DNA of 64,000 bases from Colwellia sp. (GTDB lineage: Bacteria > Pseudomonadota > Gammaproteobacteria > Enterobacterales > Alteromonadaceae). Below are positions 1-9,001 of the stretch, one piece after another. The notes beneath the pieces are model-generated. The model saw only the letters and a list, made by a program, of their open reading frames with translations, did not search any database and was not told the DNA's origin. The DNA lies in NCBI GenBank assembly GCA_047633255.1, contig JBLIEW010000009.1:39056-103055 (forward strand), in the 5' to 3' direction. Both the position numbers and the translations under genes were made by a program. Position 1 is the first letter of the stretch. Every line of letters begins with the position of its first letter.

Positions 1-515
1 CCATAAACGAGTAAAGGCTGAATATCACCAGCAGAATTTTGTGGTGTCCCCCACTTGTTTTGACAAAAGGTAGTTAACCAAGCAAGGCTATTTTGAATAA
101 GTGCATCCGCTAACAAAGATAAACGCGCTAATGACTGCTCAAGAGAAATATTGAGTACTAAATCAGCCACCGCAATATTAACCATTTGCTCTAAACGAAA
201 GCGCCTCAAAATTCGATGTAGTTGCTCTTCACTTTGACACCCTATTAACAAATCACTTAATAAGCTTGCATAAGGCGGTACTGTTTTTTGGTAGACATCT
301 TTATTTACAAATAAATTCAACACCAACTCTGGTGCTTGCAATGCACTGGTTAAAATAAAATCACTCAAGGTAATAGCCAATGAAAACTGTTCAAGCTGTT
401 CAGGTGTTAGCGCCTGATAACCTTCAGGGTGCTGTTGACTGAATTGTTGCCAACTTTTCTGTTTTTGTTGGATTAATAACGGGGATAAATAGGTAGATAA
501 TGGGGATGAAGACAC
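1..515 (-). CDS. glnE: Glutamine synthetase adenylyltransferase GlnE, 5' part (runs off the left edge)
   Basis: Not in ORF track. Manual translation from GTG at 515 (AAAGGA upstream) is open to the edge: ...LHRILRRFRLEQMVNIAVADL...WGTP...QPLLVYG, matching the GlnE segment before MGKLGG. Confidence 0.85.
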   Translation of the reverse strand, partial: MSSSPLSTYLSPLLIQQKQKSWQQFSQQHPEGYQALTPEQLEQFSLAITLSDFILTSALQAPELVLNLFVNKDVYQKTVPPYASLLSDLLIGCQSEEQLHRILRRFRLEQMVNIAVADLVLNISLEQSLARLSLLADALIQNSLAWLTTFCQNKWGTPQNSAGDIQPLLVY

Positions 516-586
516 AAGCAGTCCTTTTATTACTTAAAATAGATCTATCAAGATAGTATAATCAGGGCAATGTAATTTGAACAATA

Positions 587-600
587 GACATAATATGTCA
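587..600. promoter_or_regulatory. Palindromic operator copy 1, GACATA-A-TATGTC(A)
   Basis: Perfect palindrome 587-599 upstream of the lipoprotein gene; same motif as 4564-4582 and 4601-4617. Confidence 0.7.
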
Positions 601-759
601 TTAATGTTACTAATACCTTGCACTATTCACTATCTGTCACCCTCGACGTTTATTAATCGAGAATAGTGTGTTTAAATAGTAAAATTCAAACGTAATGAAT
701 GACAGGAAAAACTCCCTGACGAGAGTTTACTGAATAGATACTATTAACATAGCATTTTT

Positions 760-1788
760 ATGGAGATGATAGCAGAAATGCAAAGGCTAAAAGACTCTTT
801 TATCAAACAATTTTTTAATAAAATGTGTACTAGTTCAATATTAGTGCTCTCTATTTTATTGTTATCCGCTTGTGGCGATCCCGTTAAAGAGCAAGCGATG
901 CAGCAACTCCCCATAACAGAGAAAAGAGTGACTCAACTGGGTGAGGCGTTAACTAATGGGGAGGTGCGCAATGCTAAGTTAATTTATCAATATGCCGATA
1001 AAGTATCAAAACTCAAGCCGAGTTTAAGTGCCTTGACTGATCAATTTAGTAAAGATGCAAGTACACAAGGTCCGATGTATCGTGCCCTACTAGATAGAAT
1101 TAATACCGCAAAAAACCAACCGCAGATGTTTGCTTCAAGCCAAGCACTTTATGACGAATTACTCAATATTTATCAAGCGGCTGATCCCGTCCTTTACTCT
1201 GATGCATTAAGTGATCCCTTAAATGTATTAGCTGACATGTCTGACGGTCAATTACCTAGAGTCAATTCTTTATCTAAATCACAATCTCAACAAGCCAATA
1301 ATGCACAAGATTTTGGTACGGGTGAACAGCTTATTGGCAACCCAAGCTATGGTAATTGGCAAACAGGCAGTAATGGTATGTCATTTTGGGCATGGTACGG
1401 TATGTATTCTATGATGGGAAATATGCTTGGTCGCCCTGCGTATTATAGTGACTGGGGACGCAATAGAAACTATAGCTATTACAATGATTACGGCAGAACT
1501 CGCTATAGTTCACCTAGCCAGCTAAATAAACAAACCCAACTTGATCAACGCACTAAAAAATCCTTTGCAAGTAAAGGACAAAAATTTAACAGCCCATACA
1601 GTAAAAACCGAACTGGCTCATCTAGTTTATCTTCCAAAAGCAAAACGGCACAATCTAGCGCTAATCGTTTTCGAAGTAATACCGCCAAAAAAAGCAGCTA
1701 TGCGAGTAAATCTAGTACTACTAGAAAAAACTCTAGCTTTAGAAACTCTAACACCAATACATCACGTAGTTTTCGACGTGGTAAGTAA
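760..1788 (+). CDS. Putative lipoprotein with Ser/Lys/Arg-rich low-complexity C-terminal tail
   Basis: Hydrophobic stretch plus lipobox LLLSA-C38 (true start may be M7 or M22); aromatic motif YGNWQ...FWAWYGMY; basic tail ending RSFRRGK. Confidence 0.75.
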   Translation: MEMIAEMQRLKDSFIKQFFNKMCTSSILVLSILLLSACGDPVKEQAMQQLPITEKRVTQLGEALTNGEVRNAKLIYQYADKVSKLKPSLSALTDQFSKDASTQGPMYRALLDRINTAKNQPQMFASSQALYDELLNIYQAADPVLYSDALSDPLNVLADMSDGQLPRVNSLSKSQSQQANNAQDFGTGEQLIGNPSYGNWQTGSNGMSFWAWYGMYSMMGNMLGRPAYYSDWGRNRNYSYYNDYGRTRYSSPSQLNKQTQLDQRTKKSFASKGQKFNSPYSKNRTGSSSLSSKSKTAQSSANRFRSNTAKKSSYASKSSTTRKNSSFRNSNTNTSRSFRRGK

Positions 1789-1809
1789 CAAGAAATAGGA
1801 TAGATAGTT

Positions 1810-2712
1810 ATGAACACATTGATAGACCTCGTTGGTGTTAATCAAGAATTACTGGTTTATTTAGCCATAGATATCACTATTGCTATCATGCTTTTAGGTG
1901 CTATGCGCTTTTTATTAGGCTTAACAAGCAAAGTAAATAGTACAGAAGAATTAGCTCATAAAGATAATTTTGCTTTTGGTGTCAGTGTTGCCGGTAGTAC
2001 TTTAGCTTTAGGCATAGTATTAACCGGGGCGATCACCGGAGAAAATGCACCAAGTTATACCATGGAAATCATCGGTATGTTGGCCTACGGCACCTATGGA
2101 TTGATATTGATTAAAGTCGGACGTATCATTCAAGATAAGGTCGCTTTACAGCACTTAAATAAAACAGAATTAATAAAAGATCAAAACCTCACCATCGGTA
2201 TTATTGACGCTGCTGGTGCCATTGCGACAGCGATTATTATTCGTGCGGTATTACTCTGGGTAGATGGTTTAGATATTTCAACCTTCATCGCCATTACCAG
2301 TGGCTTTATTGTTGCGCAAGCTGTATTAGTTTTAGTGACTCGTATTAGAGAAAGAAAATTCGCTAAAAATAATCAAGAAGGTAGCCTACAGGAGGCGTTG
2401 AGTGATGGGCATTTAGCACTTGCTATTCGTTATAGTGGACAAGTGATTAGTACTGCCCTTGCAGTAACCGCAGCAAGTCACTTCCTTGTTTATAGCCCCG
2501 ACACCTTGGTAGTTAATTTACTGGGCTGGTTAATTTTCGGTATCATAATGACACTATTGGTTGCACTGTTAACTTCAATAGCAAAACGTATTGTGCTTTG
2601 GGGAATTAACCTAGTAGAAGAAGTAGATCAGCAACATAATATTGGCGTCGCCAGTATTGAAATGGCCACGAGTATTTCAATCGCCTTGATCTTGACTGCA
2701 TTAATGGCATAA
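1810..2712 (+). CDS. DUF350 (YjfL-like) membrane protein, two repeats
   Basis: Multi-TM protein; DNFAFGVSVAG and NIGVASIEMA motifs resemble DUF350; context matches yjf-type PspA loci. Confidence 0.75.
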   Translation: MNTLIDLVGVNQELLVYLAIDITIAIMLLGAMRFLLGLTSKVNSTEELAHKDNFAFGVSVAGSTLALGIVLTGAITGENAPSYTMEIIGMLAYGTYGLILIKVGRIIQDKVALQHLNKTELIKDQNLTIGIIDAAGAIATAIIIRAVLLWVDGLDISTFIAITSGFIVAQAVLVLVTRIRERKFAKNNQEGSLQEALSDGHLALAIRYSGQVISTALAVTAASHFLVYSPDTLVVNLLGWLIFGIIMTLLVALLTSIAKRIVLWGINLVEEVDQQHNIGVASIEMATSISIALILTALMA

Positions 2713-2726
2713 AGCAAAACCTACCC

Positions 2727-2760
2727 TTTGGGTTTAGAGTGACTTAACTCTAAACCCAAA
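2727..2760. repeat. 14-bp perfect inverted repeat (intra-operon hairpin)
   Basis: TTTGGGTTTAGAGT-gactta-ACTCTAAACCCAAA; no downstream U-tract on either strand. Confidence 0.8.
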
Positions 2761-2802
2761 AATAGTAACCAATAACTCGTAACTACAGAATATATAGCTT
2801 TT

Positions 2803-4506
2803 ATGCCCTCAAAAAATTCCCGCCTTATTGACGACACCTTACTAATTTTAACTATGGCGGTCCTAGCCGGTTGTGGTTTAATTTACGAATATCTTCTTTC
2901 TCATTACGCTGGCCGTGTACTTGGCGTAATGGAAAGCACCATCTATACCATGATAGGTTTAATGATAGTATCAATGGGCGTAGGTGCTTTTGCCGCGCGT
3001 AAAGTGCGTTGTGCCTTCAATGGCTTTGTCTATTTAGAATTATTAATTGCGTTACTCGGTGCCAGTGCAATTTTAATCATTGGTGGCCTCATTGCCATCA
3101 CTCAAATATTACCGCACATAATTGCCGATATGTTTGCCCTGCCTCCTGATATGCTTCCTAAAGGAGGGATATTTAAGCAATTAAGTTTTATCGCTATCAA
3201 AAGTCCTTATTTTTTTGGTGTGGTATTAGGTTTTCTTATTGGCATGGAAATTCCACTCATTGCCAGAATTCGTGAAGAAATACACGGTCAACACCTCGAA
3301 AATAATCTAGGTACCATTTATGGTGCAGACTATATTGGTGCCGGCATTGGTGCTGCTATTTGGGTGATTTTTTTACTCAGCATAGATATCAGTAAAGCGG
3401 CTGCATTAACGGCTAGCTTAAACCTGATCGCGGGCGCTTTTTTTATTCTACGCTATTGGCATAAACTAACCTGGCGTAAAACCTTTCTTGGTTTACATCT
3501 AATATTAGCCTTGATTATCATATTGATGTTTAAGTACGGTAATCATTGGTTAAATCAAATGAATAGCCTGCTGTATTTAGACAAAGTAGTACACGTTCAA
3601 AAAACGAATTATCAGCAACTTACTTTCACTGAACGCTATTTAGGTGTTAGCGCTGACGAAACAGAAGCTAGCATCATCAATTTTTATATTAATGGCCGTT
3701 TACAGTTCTCATCTATTGATGAACATATTTATCATGACTACCTAGTAGCACCTGTCTTAGCGGGTTCAGCTCGTCATGATAATATACTTATTATTGGTGG
3801 TGGCGATGGCTTAGCACTGCGAGATGTATTGAGATATGGGCCAAAAGCGGTGACCTTGATTGACTTAGATAGCGAGTTAATTGATATATTTCAAACGCCA
3901 GAAAAACATCTCAATGCCAACTTAGCTAGAAAAATAAGCTACTTAAATAAAAATAGTTTACAAGATAAACGAGTCACTATTTTTCGTAGCGATGCTTTTA
4001 TAACTATTAATAAACTGCTTAAAGAAGGACAAGTATTTGATGCTATTATTGTCGATCTTCCTGATCCTAGCCATCCCGATCTCAATAAACTGTATACCGT
4101 TAATTTTTACGCTAGGTTAAAACAACTACTATCCGGAGATGGCTTAATTGCCATTCAGTCAACCAGCCCTTACCATGCAAAAGATTCATTTATCTCTATT
4201 GGCAAAACATTACGTGCTGCAAACTTTGCCCATGTGCAACAATATCATGACAATGTACCAAGCTTTGGCGAATGGGGCTGGACTATTGGAGCAAAAATAG
4301 GGAAAAGCCCACTAGCCAGACTAAATAATTTAAAACAGTTGCCGGTAAAGCATAGTTGGCTCAATATAGACATATTGAAATCAGCTTTTATTTTCCCTAA
4401 TGATTTCTATAGCGATAAAGAAAGCATAGATATCAATATTTTAGGTAGCCATACGCTTTATCAATTACACCAAAAAGCATGGCAAACTCAGCAAGGGATT
4501 AATTAA
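2803..4506 (+). CDS. Membrane-anchored polyamine aminopropyltransferase (spermidine synthase-like)
   Basis: N-terminal TM domain (AGCGLIYE, YGADYIGA); C-terminal LQFSSIDEHIYH, ILIIGGGDG and IIVDLPDP motifs. Confidence 0.85.
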   Translation: MPSKNSRLIDDTLLILTMAVLAGCGLIYEYLLSHYAGRVLGVMESTIYTMIGLMIVSMGVGAFAARKVRCAFNGFVYLELLIALLGASAILIIGGLIAITQILPHIIADMFALPPDMLPKGGIFKQLSFIAIKSPYFFGVVLGFLIGMEIPLIARIREEIHGQHLENNLGTIYGADYIGAGIGAAIWVIFLLSIDISKAAALTASLNLIAGAFFILRYWHKLTWRKTFLGLHLILALIIILMFKYGNHWLNQMNSLLYLDKVVHVQKTNYQQLTFTERYLGVSADETEASIINFYINGRLQFSSIDEHIYHDYLVAPVLAGSARHDNILIIGGGDGLALRDVLRYGPKAVTLIDLDSELIDIFQTPEKHLNANLARKISYLNKNSLQDKRVTIFRSDAFITINKLLKEGQVFDAIIVDLPDPSHPDLNKLYTVNFYARLKQLLSGDGLIAIQSTSPYHAKDSFISIGKTLRAANFAHVQQYHDNVPSFGEWGWTIGAKIGKSPLARLNNLKQLPVKHSWLNIDILKSAFIFPNDFYSDKESIDINILGSHTLYQLHQKAWQTQQGIN

Positions 4507-4563
4507 ATAAATTACATATAATCAGTGTTAAGATTAAGAAAAGAAGCCTTAAGTAAAAAAACA

Positions 4564-4617
4564 CTTGACATAATATGTCAAGATGCTAAATTTAACCCCG
4601 ATGACATATTATGTCAT
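4564..4617 (+). promoter_or_regulatory. Sigma70-type promoter overlapped by two palindromic operators
   Basis: TTGACA 4565-4570, 16 nt, TG-C-TAAATT 4584-4592; perfect palindromes CTTGACATAATATGTCAAG (4564-4582) and ATGACATATTATGTCAT (4601-4617). Confidence 0.75.
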
Positions 4618-4646
4618 TTGTATATTTTGATAAGGATAGGAAGTAC

Positions 4647-5060
4647 ATGAATATTCATACTATAGCCGATCATTTAAACAGCTTGGCCGATAACTCTGAA
4701 ACAGGAATGGACTTTGACTGTCAACCAATATCTGGTGAAGTCGATGTACTGCAAATAACGCTTTTGGGTCGAGAAGAATTACCCATCTTTTTATCAGTAA
4801 CCGATGACCAAGTTTTGTGTATTAGTTATCTGTGGGGAGCTGATGAAGTAAAAACTGACTGTGTAAATACTATGCACGAAAGCATGTTGGAAATGAACAT
4901 CCCCATGCCATTATCATCTTTTTCAAAAATTGGTGATAAATATGTAGTTTTTGGTGCCTTATCTATCAATTCAACCTTTGAAGATATTGAGCATGAACTG
5001 GCTGTATTAAGTAATAACGCCATAGAAGTAATTGATGATATGAGTGACTACTTACTGTAA
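4647..5060 (+). CDS. YjfI/DUF2170-like protein
   Basis: Acidic ~137 aa protein with MPLSSFSKIGDKYVVFGALS motif directly upstream of the PspA-family gene; start moved to ATG 4647 (AGGATAGGA upstream). Confidence 0.7.
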   Translation: MNIHTIADHLNSLADNSETGMDFDCQPISGEVDVLQITLLGREELPIFLSVTDDQVLCISYLWGADEVKTDCVNTMHESMLEMNIPMPLSSFSKIGDKYVVFGALSINSTFEDIEHELAVLSNNAIEVIDDMSDYLL

Positions 5061-5121
5061 ACCGTAATCTATTACGACACAGAAAATCAAGCGTAAATAT
5101 CATCTTATTAGGAGAGAAAAA

Positions 5122-5811
5122 ATGAGTATATTTAAAAAGATTATGACCGCGATTCGTGGTGGTGCCTCTGAAGCTGGCGAAGCAATTATTGATGCCAATG
5201 CGACCCGAATTTTTGAACAAGAAATTCGAGATGCAGAAAATCACCTAACCAAAGCTAAACGCGATTTAACTGGCGTAATGGCTGAGCAAATGTCTGCAAA
5301 TCGTGAAGTGACCCGTTTACAGCGCGAAATATCTGAGCATGAAGGTTATGTTGCTCAAGCCTTAGAAAAAGGCGATGAAACATTAGCGCTTGCCGTTGCT
5401 GAAAAAATCTCTATCTTAGAGACTGATTTAGCTGCCCAAGAACAAGCACTTAATAGTTTTAGTGGCAATGCGGATAGGCTTAAAGAATTAGTAAAGAAAA
5501 GTGAGCGCCAAGTAACCGAGCATAAACGTCAGCTATCTATGGTAAAAACCACAGAAAGCGTACAAAAAGCGACGTCTGCGATTACGGATAATTTTTCATC
5601 AAGTAATTCAAAATTGTTAAGTGCTAAAGATTCGTTAGAGCGTATCAAAGCCAAACAACAGAAGTTTGATGATAAAATGAAAGCAGCTGAAATACTTGAA
5701 TCTGAGAACTCTGATTCATCATTAACCGCACAGTTAAAAGCTGCGGGTATAGGCTCGCAAGAAAACAGCGCCAACTCAGTACTTGATCGCATTAAAGCGA
5801 AACAGAAGTAA
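5122..5811 (+). CDS. PspA/IM30 family protein (YjfJ-like)
   Basis: MSIFKKIMTAIRGGASEAGEAIID N-terminus, IFEQEIRDAE, long coiled coils, C-terminal SVLDRIK. Confidence 0.88.
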   Translation: MSIFKKIMTAIRGGASEAGEAIIDANATRIFEQEIRDAENHLTKAKRDLTGVMAEQMSANREVTRLQREISEHEGYVAQALEKGDETLALAVAEKISILETDLAAQEQALNSFSGNADRLKELVKKSERQVTEHKRQLSMVKTTESVQKATSAITDNFSSSNSKLLSAKDSLERIKAKQQKFDDKMKAAEILESENSDSSLTAQLKAAGIGSQENSANSVLDRIKAKQK

Positions 5812-5832
5812 TTAACATAGTGAGCTATTCAA

Positions 5833-5865
5833 TCGCGAGTTATCCCTAACTCGCGACTGTTTTTT
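5833..5865 (+). terminator. Rho-independent terminator-like hairpin after the PspA-family gene
   Basis: TCGCGAGTTA-tccc-TAACTCGCGA followed by ctgTTTTTT. Confidence 0.65.
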
Positions 5866-5907
5866 GCCATTATTAATACCAATAGTAATAATTCGTAAAT
5901 AGAGATA

Positions 5908-6552
5908 ATGATGAGTTTTTTTAAGAAAATATTTAACAAAGAAGCACAAACTCAACGGAAATTAACTCACGTTAACCAACTTTTAGTGGGTGATATTATT
6001 GTATTAACAGATAGTTTTGCACTACCTCAAGTATTACAAGGTCAACAGTTTCAAGTGACCGCGGTTAATAGCTATGAATACGAACAAAATACACAAACTG
6101 AATGGTCGTTGCAGGGTAATGATGAACTCGCTATATTTTTATCTTTAGAAATTGATGACACCACCGAGCTAAAGTTTTCATTAAAAATCGAACATGAAGA
6201 TGTTGAATCGTTATTCGATCTAGATGACTTTTCACAAATATTTGATGAACCCGGTGAAGCCTTTTTAAACCGCCAAGCTGATAATGACGTCACTTCAACT
6301 TGGAGTAGTGAACAATACCAGCAAAACATTTTTGCAAAAGTGGGTTACTTTCATCGAAAAGATCATCGCAGTGAAGAGCTCTCAGCCTATGAAGGTGAAG
6401 GCTCTGGTGAACAACTTGAACTATACACATTATATAATGAAGATCAAAGTAAAGGCGTAGATGTTGAAGTGTGGCAAGATGGTGATACTGATGTGTTTTT
6501 AACCTTATTTAGACCCTTAACTGATATTATTGATATGTACCCGGCGAGTTAG
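5908..6552 (+). CDS. Acidic conserved hypothetical protein (YjfK/DUF2491- or DUF4178-like)
   Basis: 214-aa ORF with RBS; very acidic, beta-rich; position after PspA homologue. Family label inferred from context. Confidence 0.55.
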   Translation: MMSFFKKIFNKEAQTQRKLTHVNQLLVGDIIVLTDSFALPQVLQGQQFQVTAVNSYEYEQNTQTEWSLQGNDELAIFLSLEIDDTTELKFSLKIEHEDVESLFDLDDFSQIFDEPGEAFLNRQADNDVTSTWSSEQYQQNIFAKVGYFHRKDHRSEELSAYEGEGSGEQLELYTLYNEDQSKGVDVEVWQDGDTDVFLTLFRPLTDIIDMYPAS

Positions 6553-6567
6553 GAACTAGGAAATAAT

Positions 6568-6933
6568 ATGACAAAAGCTAATACTTCATCTATCCCGACA
6601 ATAAAAGATAGAAAAATCCCTGATAAATGGCAGTCTTCGGTCAAAGCAATAAAAGCGGTACAAGTTGCATTTGATATGGATGAAAAAATTCAGTTATATA
6701 TTAGAAAACAAGCACTTGACGCAGGACTTAGCCCATCAGATCAAATTCGTGATATTTTAGGGTTACCCATTAATAAACGGCCAAAACGCCCTCGGCTAAC
6801 TGTCAGTTTAGCACTAAGTGATTATCAGTTATTAGCGGATAAATATGGTTTAGAGGCTAAACAACAACTTGATATCAAGAGAAAGTTAATGGAAGAGCTC
6901 ATTGAATCGGTCAACCTAAGTGACAACAAATAA
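6568..6933 (+). CDS. Putative tandem ribbon-helix-helix DNA-binding protein
   Basis: AVQVAFDM..IRKQALDAGLSPSDQIRDIL and RPRLTVSL..LLADKYGL both fit the CopG-type RHH pattern. Confidence 0.65.
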   Translation: MTKANTSSIPTIKDRKIPDKWQSSVKAIKAVQVAFDMDEKIQLYIRKQALDAGLSPSDQIRDILGLPINKRPKRPRLTVSLALSDYQLLADKYGLEAKQQLDIKRKLMEELIESVNLSDNK

Positions 6934-7018
6934 ACACCTTAAAATTGATTTTTGTAAAACAATGTAGGTGTGTCATACTCTGATTGAACATCAAAAACAC
7001 AACACTAGGGATATCACT

Positions 7019-7294
7019 ATGTTAAAACAAAAATCACTTATAAAAAACATGCTTACTGTTAGTTTTGCATTAGGCTTAACTGCTTGTGCAAATACTGAAG
7101 GCTTAGAGGCCAGCATTGCCAGTTTATCAAATAAAGTTGACACATTATCAAGCGAAGTTTCAGCGCTTAGTTCACAGCAGCAAGCGACGAGCGAAGAAGC
7201 CAAAGCAACTAAAATGGTAGCAGAGCAAGCTGTTGAAAATGCCGCGAAAGCCAATGAGCGCATTGACAATGTTGTTGCTTCTTATAAAAAGTAA
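7019..7294 (+). CDS. lpp: Major outer-membrane lipoprotein Lpp/OprI family
   Basis: Lipobox LTA-C, Ala-rich heptad coiled coil, C-terminal ANERIDNVVASYKK; start at ATG 7019. Confidence 0.85.
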   Translation: MLKQKSLIKNMLTVSFALGLTACANTEGLEASIASLSNKVDTLSSEVSALSSQQQATSEEAKATKMVAEQAVENAAKANERIDNVVASYKK

Positions 7295-7298
7295 GTAA

Positions 7299-8213
7299 CT
7301 ACAGCCCTAAATCAACAATTATCCCCTGGGGTTTATCAAACATAGGGGTTAATTGCTGCCATAAAATCTCATCTTTACCAACAAAGCTTTTTACCGCTGA
7401 CGTAATGATACTTTTCTGAACAACATTTTCGACAGTTAATGGTGAATGTACTTCAATATAACGTCTACCACCACTTTCATAAGACATTTTTATCGGCTGT
7501 TCAATAATACGTACCTTAGTATTTAATGGGATATTTTCAAACAACCATTTAATGTCGTCGTCAAACATACGAATACAACCTGAACTCGCACGCATGCCAA
7601 TACCAAAACGCTGATTAGTACCATGAATTAAATATTCACTTTTTCCTAATCTCAAAGCATATTTACCAAAGGGATTATTGGGGCCTGCAGCAATTTCTTT
7701 TAACATTTCTTTACCGTGTTCTGCAAAATATCGCTGACGCATAGCGATTGTTGGCCGCCAAGTTGGATCTTTTCTTTTACTGCTAATATAGCTCGTTGCT
7801 TTTGGCGTAGCCAAACCTTCTCTACCAATACCAACAGGGAATACATGTACTTTATTTTTTTGTGGTAAAAAATAATACAAACGTAATTCAGGTAAATTAA
7901 TGACAATACCTTCACGTTTTACATAAGGCAATAACATCGCGCTAGGAATAACAATGTCACTATCAAGTTCGGGTAGAAAGGGATCAATATCAGGATTTGC
8001 TGCCATTAGTGCGAGAAAGCCAACATTATACTGCTCTGCAATCTTTTGAAAATAATCTCCTTTTTTAACTTTATGGTTTTGATCAACCCCGATAAGTCGA
8101 AAGTCTTTTGCTGGTAAATCATATTCTGTGGCATAAGTTAACTGGCTAGCTAAAAAAAAAGAGAGCAAGACAAAATAAGTTATATGATTTAAAAGCTTAT
8201 TATAGATAGACAC
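7299..8213 (-). CDS. L,D-transpeptidase (ErfK/YbiS/YcfS/YnhG family) with LysM-like domain
   Basis: INLPELRLYYF, PVGIG, YLIHGT..SSGCIRM catalytic His/Cys motif. Confidence 0.9.
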   Translation of the reverse strand: MSIYNKLLNHITYFVLLSFFLASQLTYATEYDLPAKDFRLIGVDQNHKVKKGDYFQKIAEQYNVGFLALMAANPDIDPFLPELDSDIVIPSAMLLPYVKREGIVINLPELRLYYFLPQKNKVHVFPVGIGREGLATPKATSYISSKRKDPTWRPTIAMRQRYFAEHGKEMLKEIAAGPNNPFGKYALRLGKSEYLIHGTNQRFGIGMRASSGCIRMFDDDIKWLFENIPLNTKVRIIEQPIKMSYESGGRRYIEVHSPLTVENVVQKSIITSAVKSFVGKDEILWQQLTPMFDKPQGIIVDLGL

Positions 8214-8872
8214 TACGAGCCGTCTCTTTGATGATATAAAGCATAACCTCGAGCCGCTTTACTTAACTTACCCGGCTTCATTTGAACAACGGTCACTAAC
8301 TGTTCTGCTAAGGCAAATAACGCTTGCTCATCGCCGCTAACTAATTCTATTTCCAGTTCATTTATCGCCAGTGTATCAACATTAGAATCGATAGAAATTT
8401 CACCTCGATCAAGCGCTAATTCAATAACACTACTTTCTTGAGTAATTAACCACGTTTGACGAAAAAAGTTTGTATTAAAAATCACCTGCATACTTTTTTG
8501 TAGTATTAGTACATCAACATGTTCTGGCCAAATATGCTCTGGAAATAAGGATAAGTCTAAGTGGTTACCTTCAAGAGCAACATTGTATTCTGGCCTCTGG
8601 TGCAAACAACCAACCACTTTCCCTGCGGTTTTAATTGTTTGTTCATAAGCTTGGTCAACTCCTCTTATCCTTAGTCCTATATCCATTTTTCTTAGCGCTA
8701 AGTCGTTATTATCAAAATAGCTATTGCTGAGCTGCTTTTTATCCAGTGTAAAAGTAATATTTTGTGCGTTTAGCAGTGCGGTAATTTTATCAACTACTAA
8801 ATCATTATCGTTATGATTTGCTGGTATTAGGTATTTAAGTTCTATCTCTGTGGTCATTTTAGTAAGCTTCAA
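8213..8872 (-). CDS. CYTH-domain protein (YgiF-like triphosphatase domain)
   Basis: EIELKY, YFD..L..GLRIR, EQTIKT, ELELEL-like INELEIEL, KAARGY motifs. Confidence 0.85.
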   Translation of the reverse strand: MKLTKMTTEIELKYLIPANHNDNDLVVDKITALLNAQNITFTLDKKQLSNSYFDNNDLALRKMDIGLRIRGVDQAYEQTIKTAGKVVGCLHQRPEYNVALEGNHLDLSLFPEHIWPEHVDVLILQKSMQVIFNTNFFRQTWLITQESSVIELALDRGEISIDSNVDTLAINELEIELVSGDEQALFALAEQLVTVVQMKPGKLSKAARGYALYHQRDGS

Positions 8873-9001
8873 TTTGATTAGGTGATTTGATCGTTAACAG
8901 CATACACGCTGTTAGACTAGATACTCAATCTTAACTTGCTATCAAAGCGCCAAACACATAACATCTGAGTTTAAATAGTTTATTTATCCAGTGGTTGTTT
9001 C

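Noticed and set aside
1541-1798. 85-aa alternative-frame ORF over the lipoprotein tail
   Set aside because: Frame artefact of low-complexity sequence; no RBS or motif, and no evidence of a frameshift.
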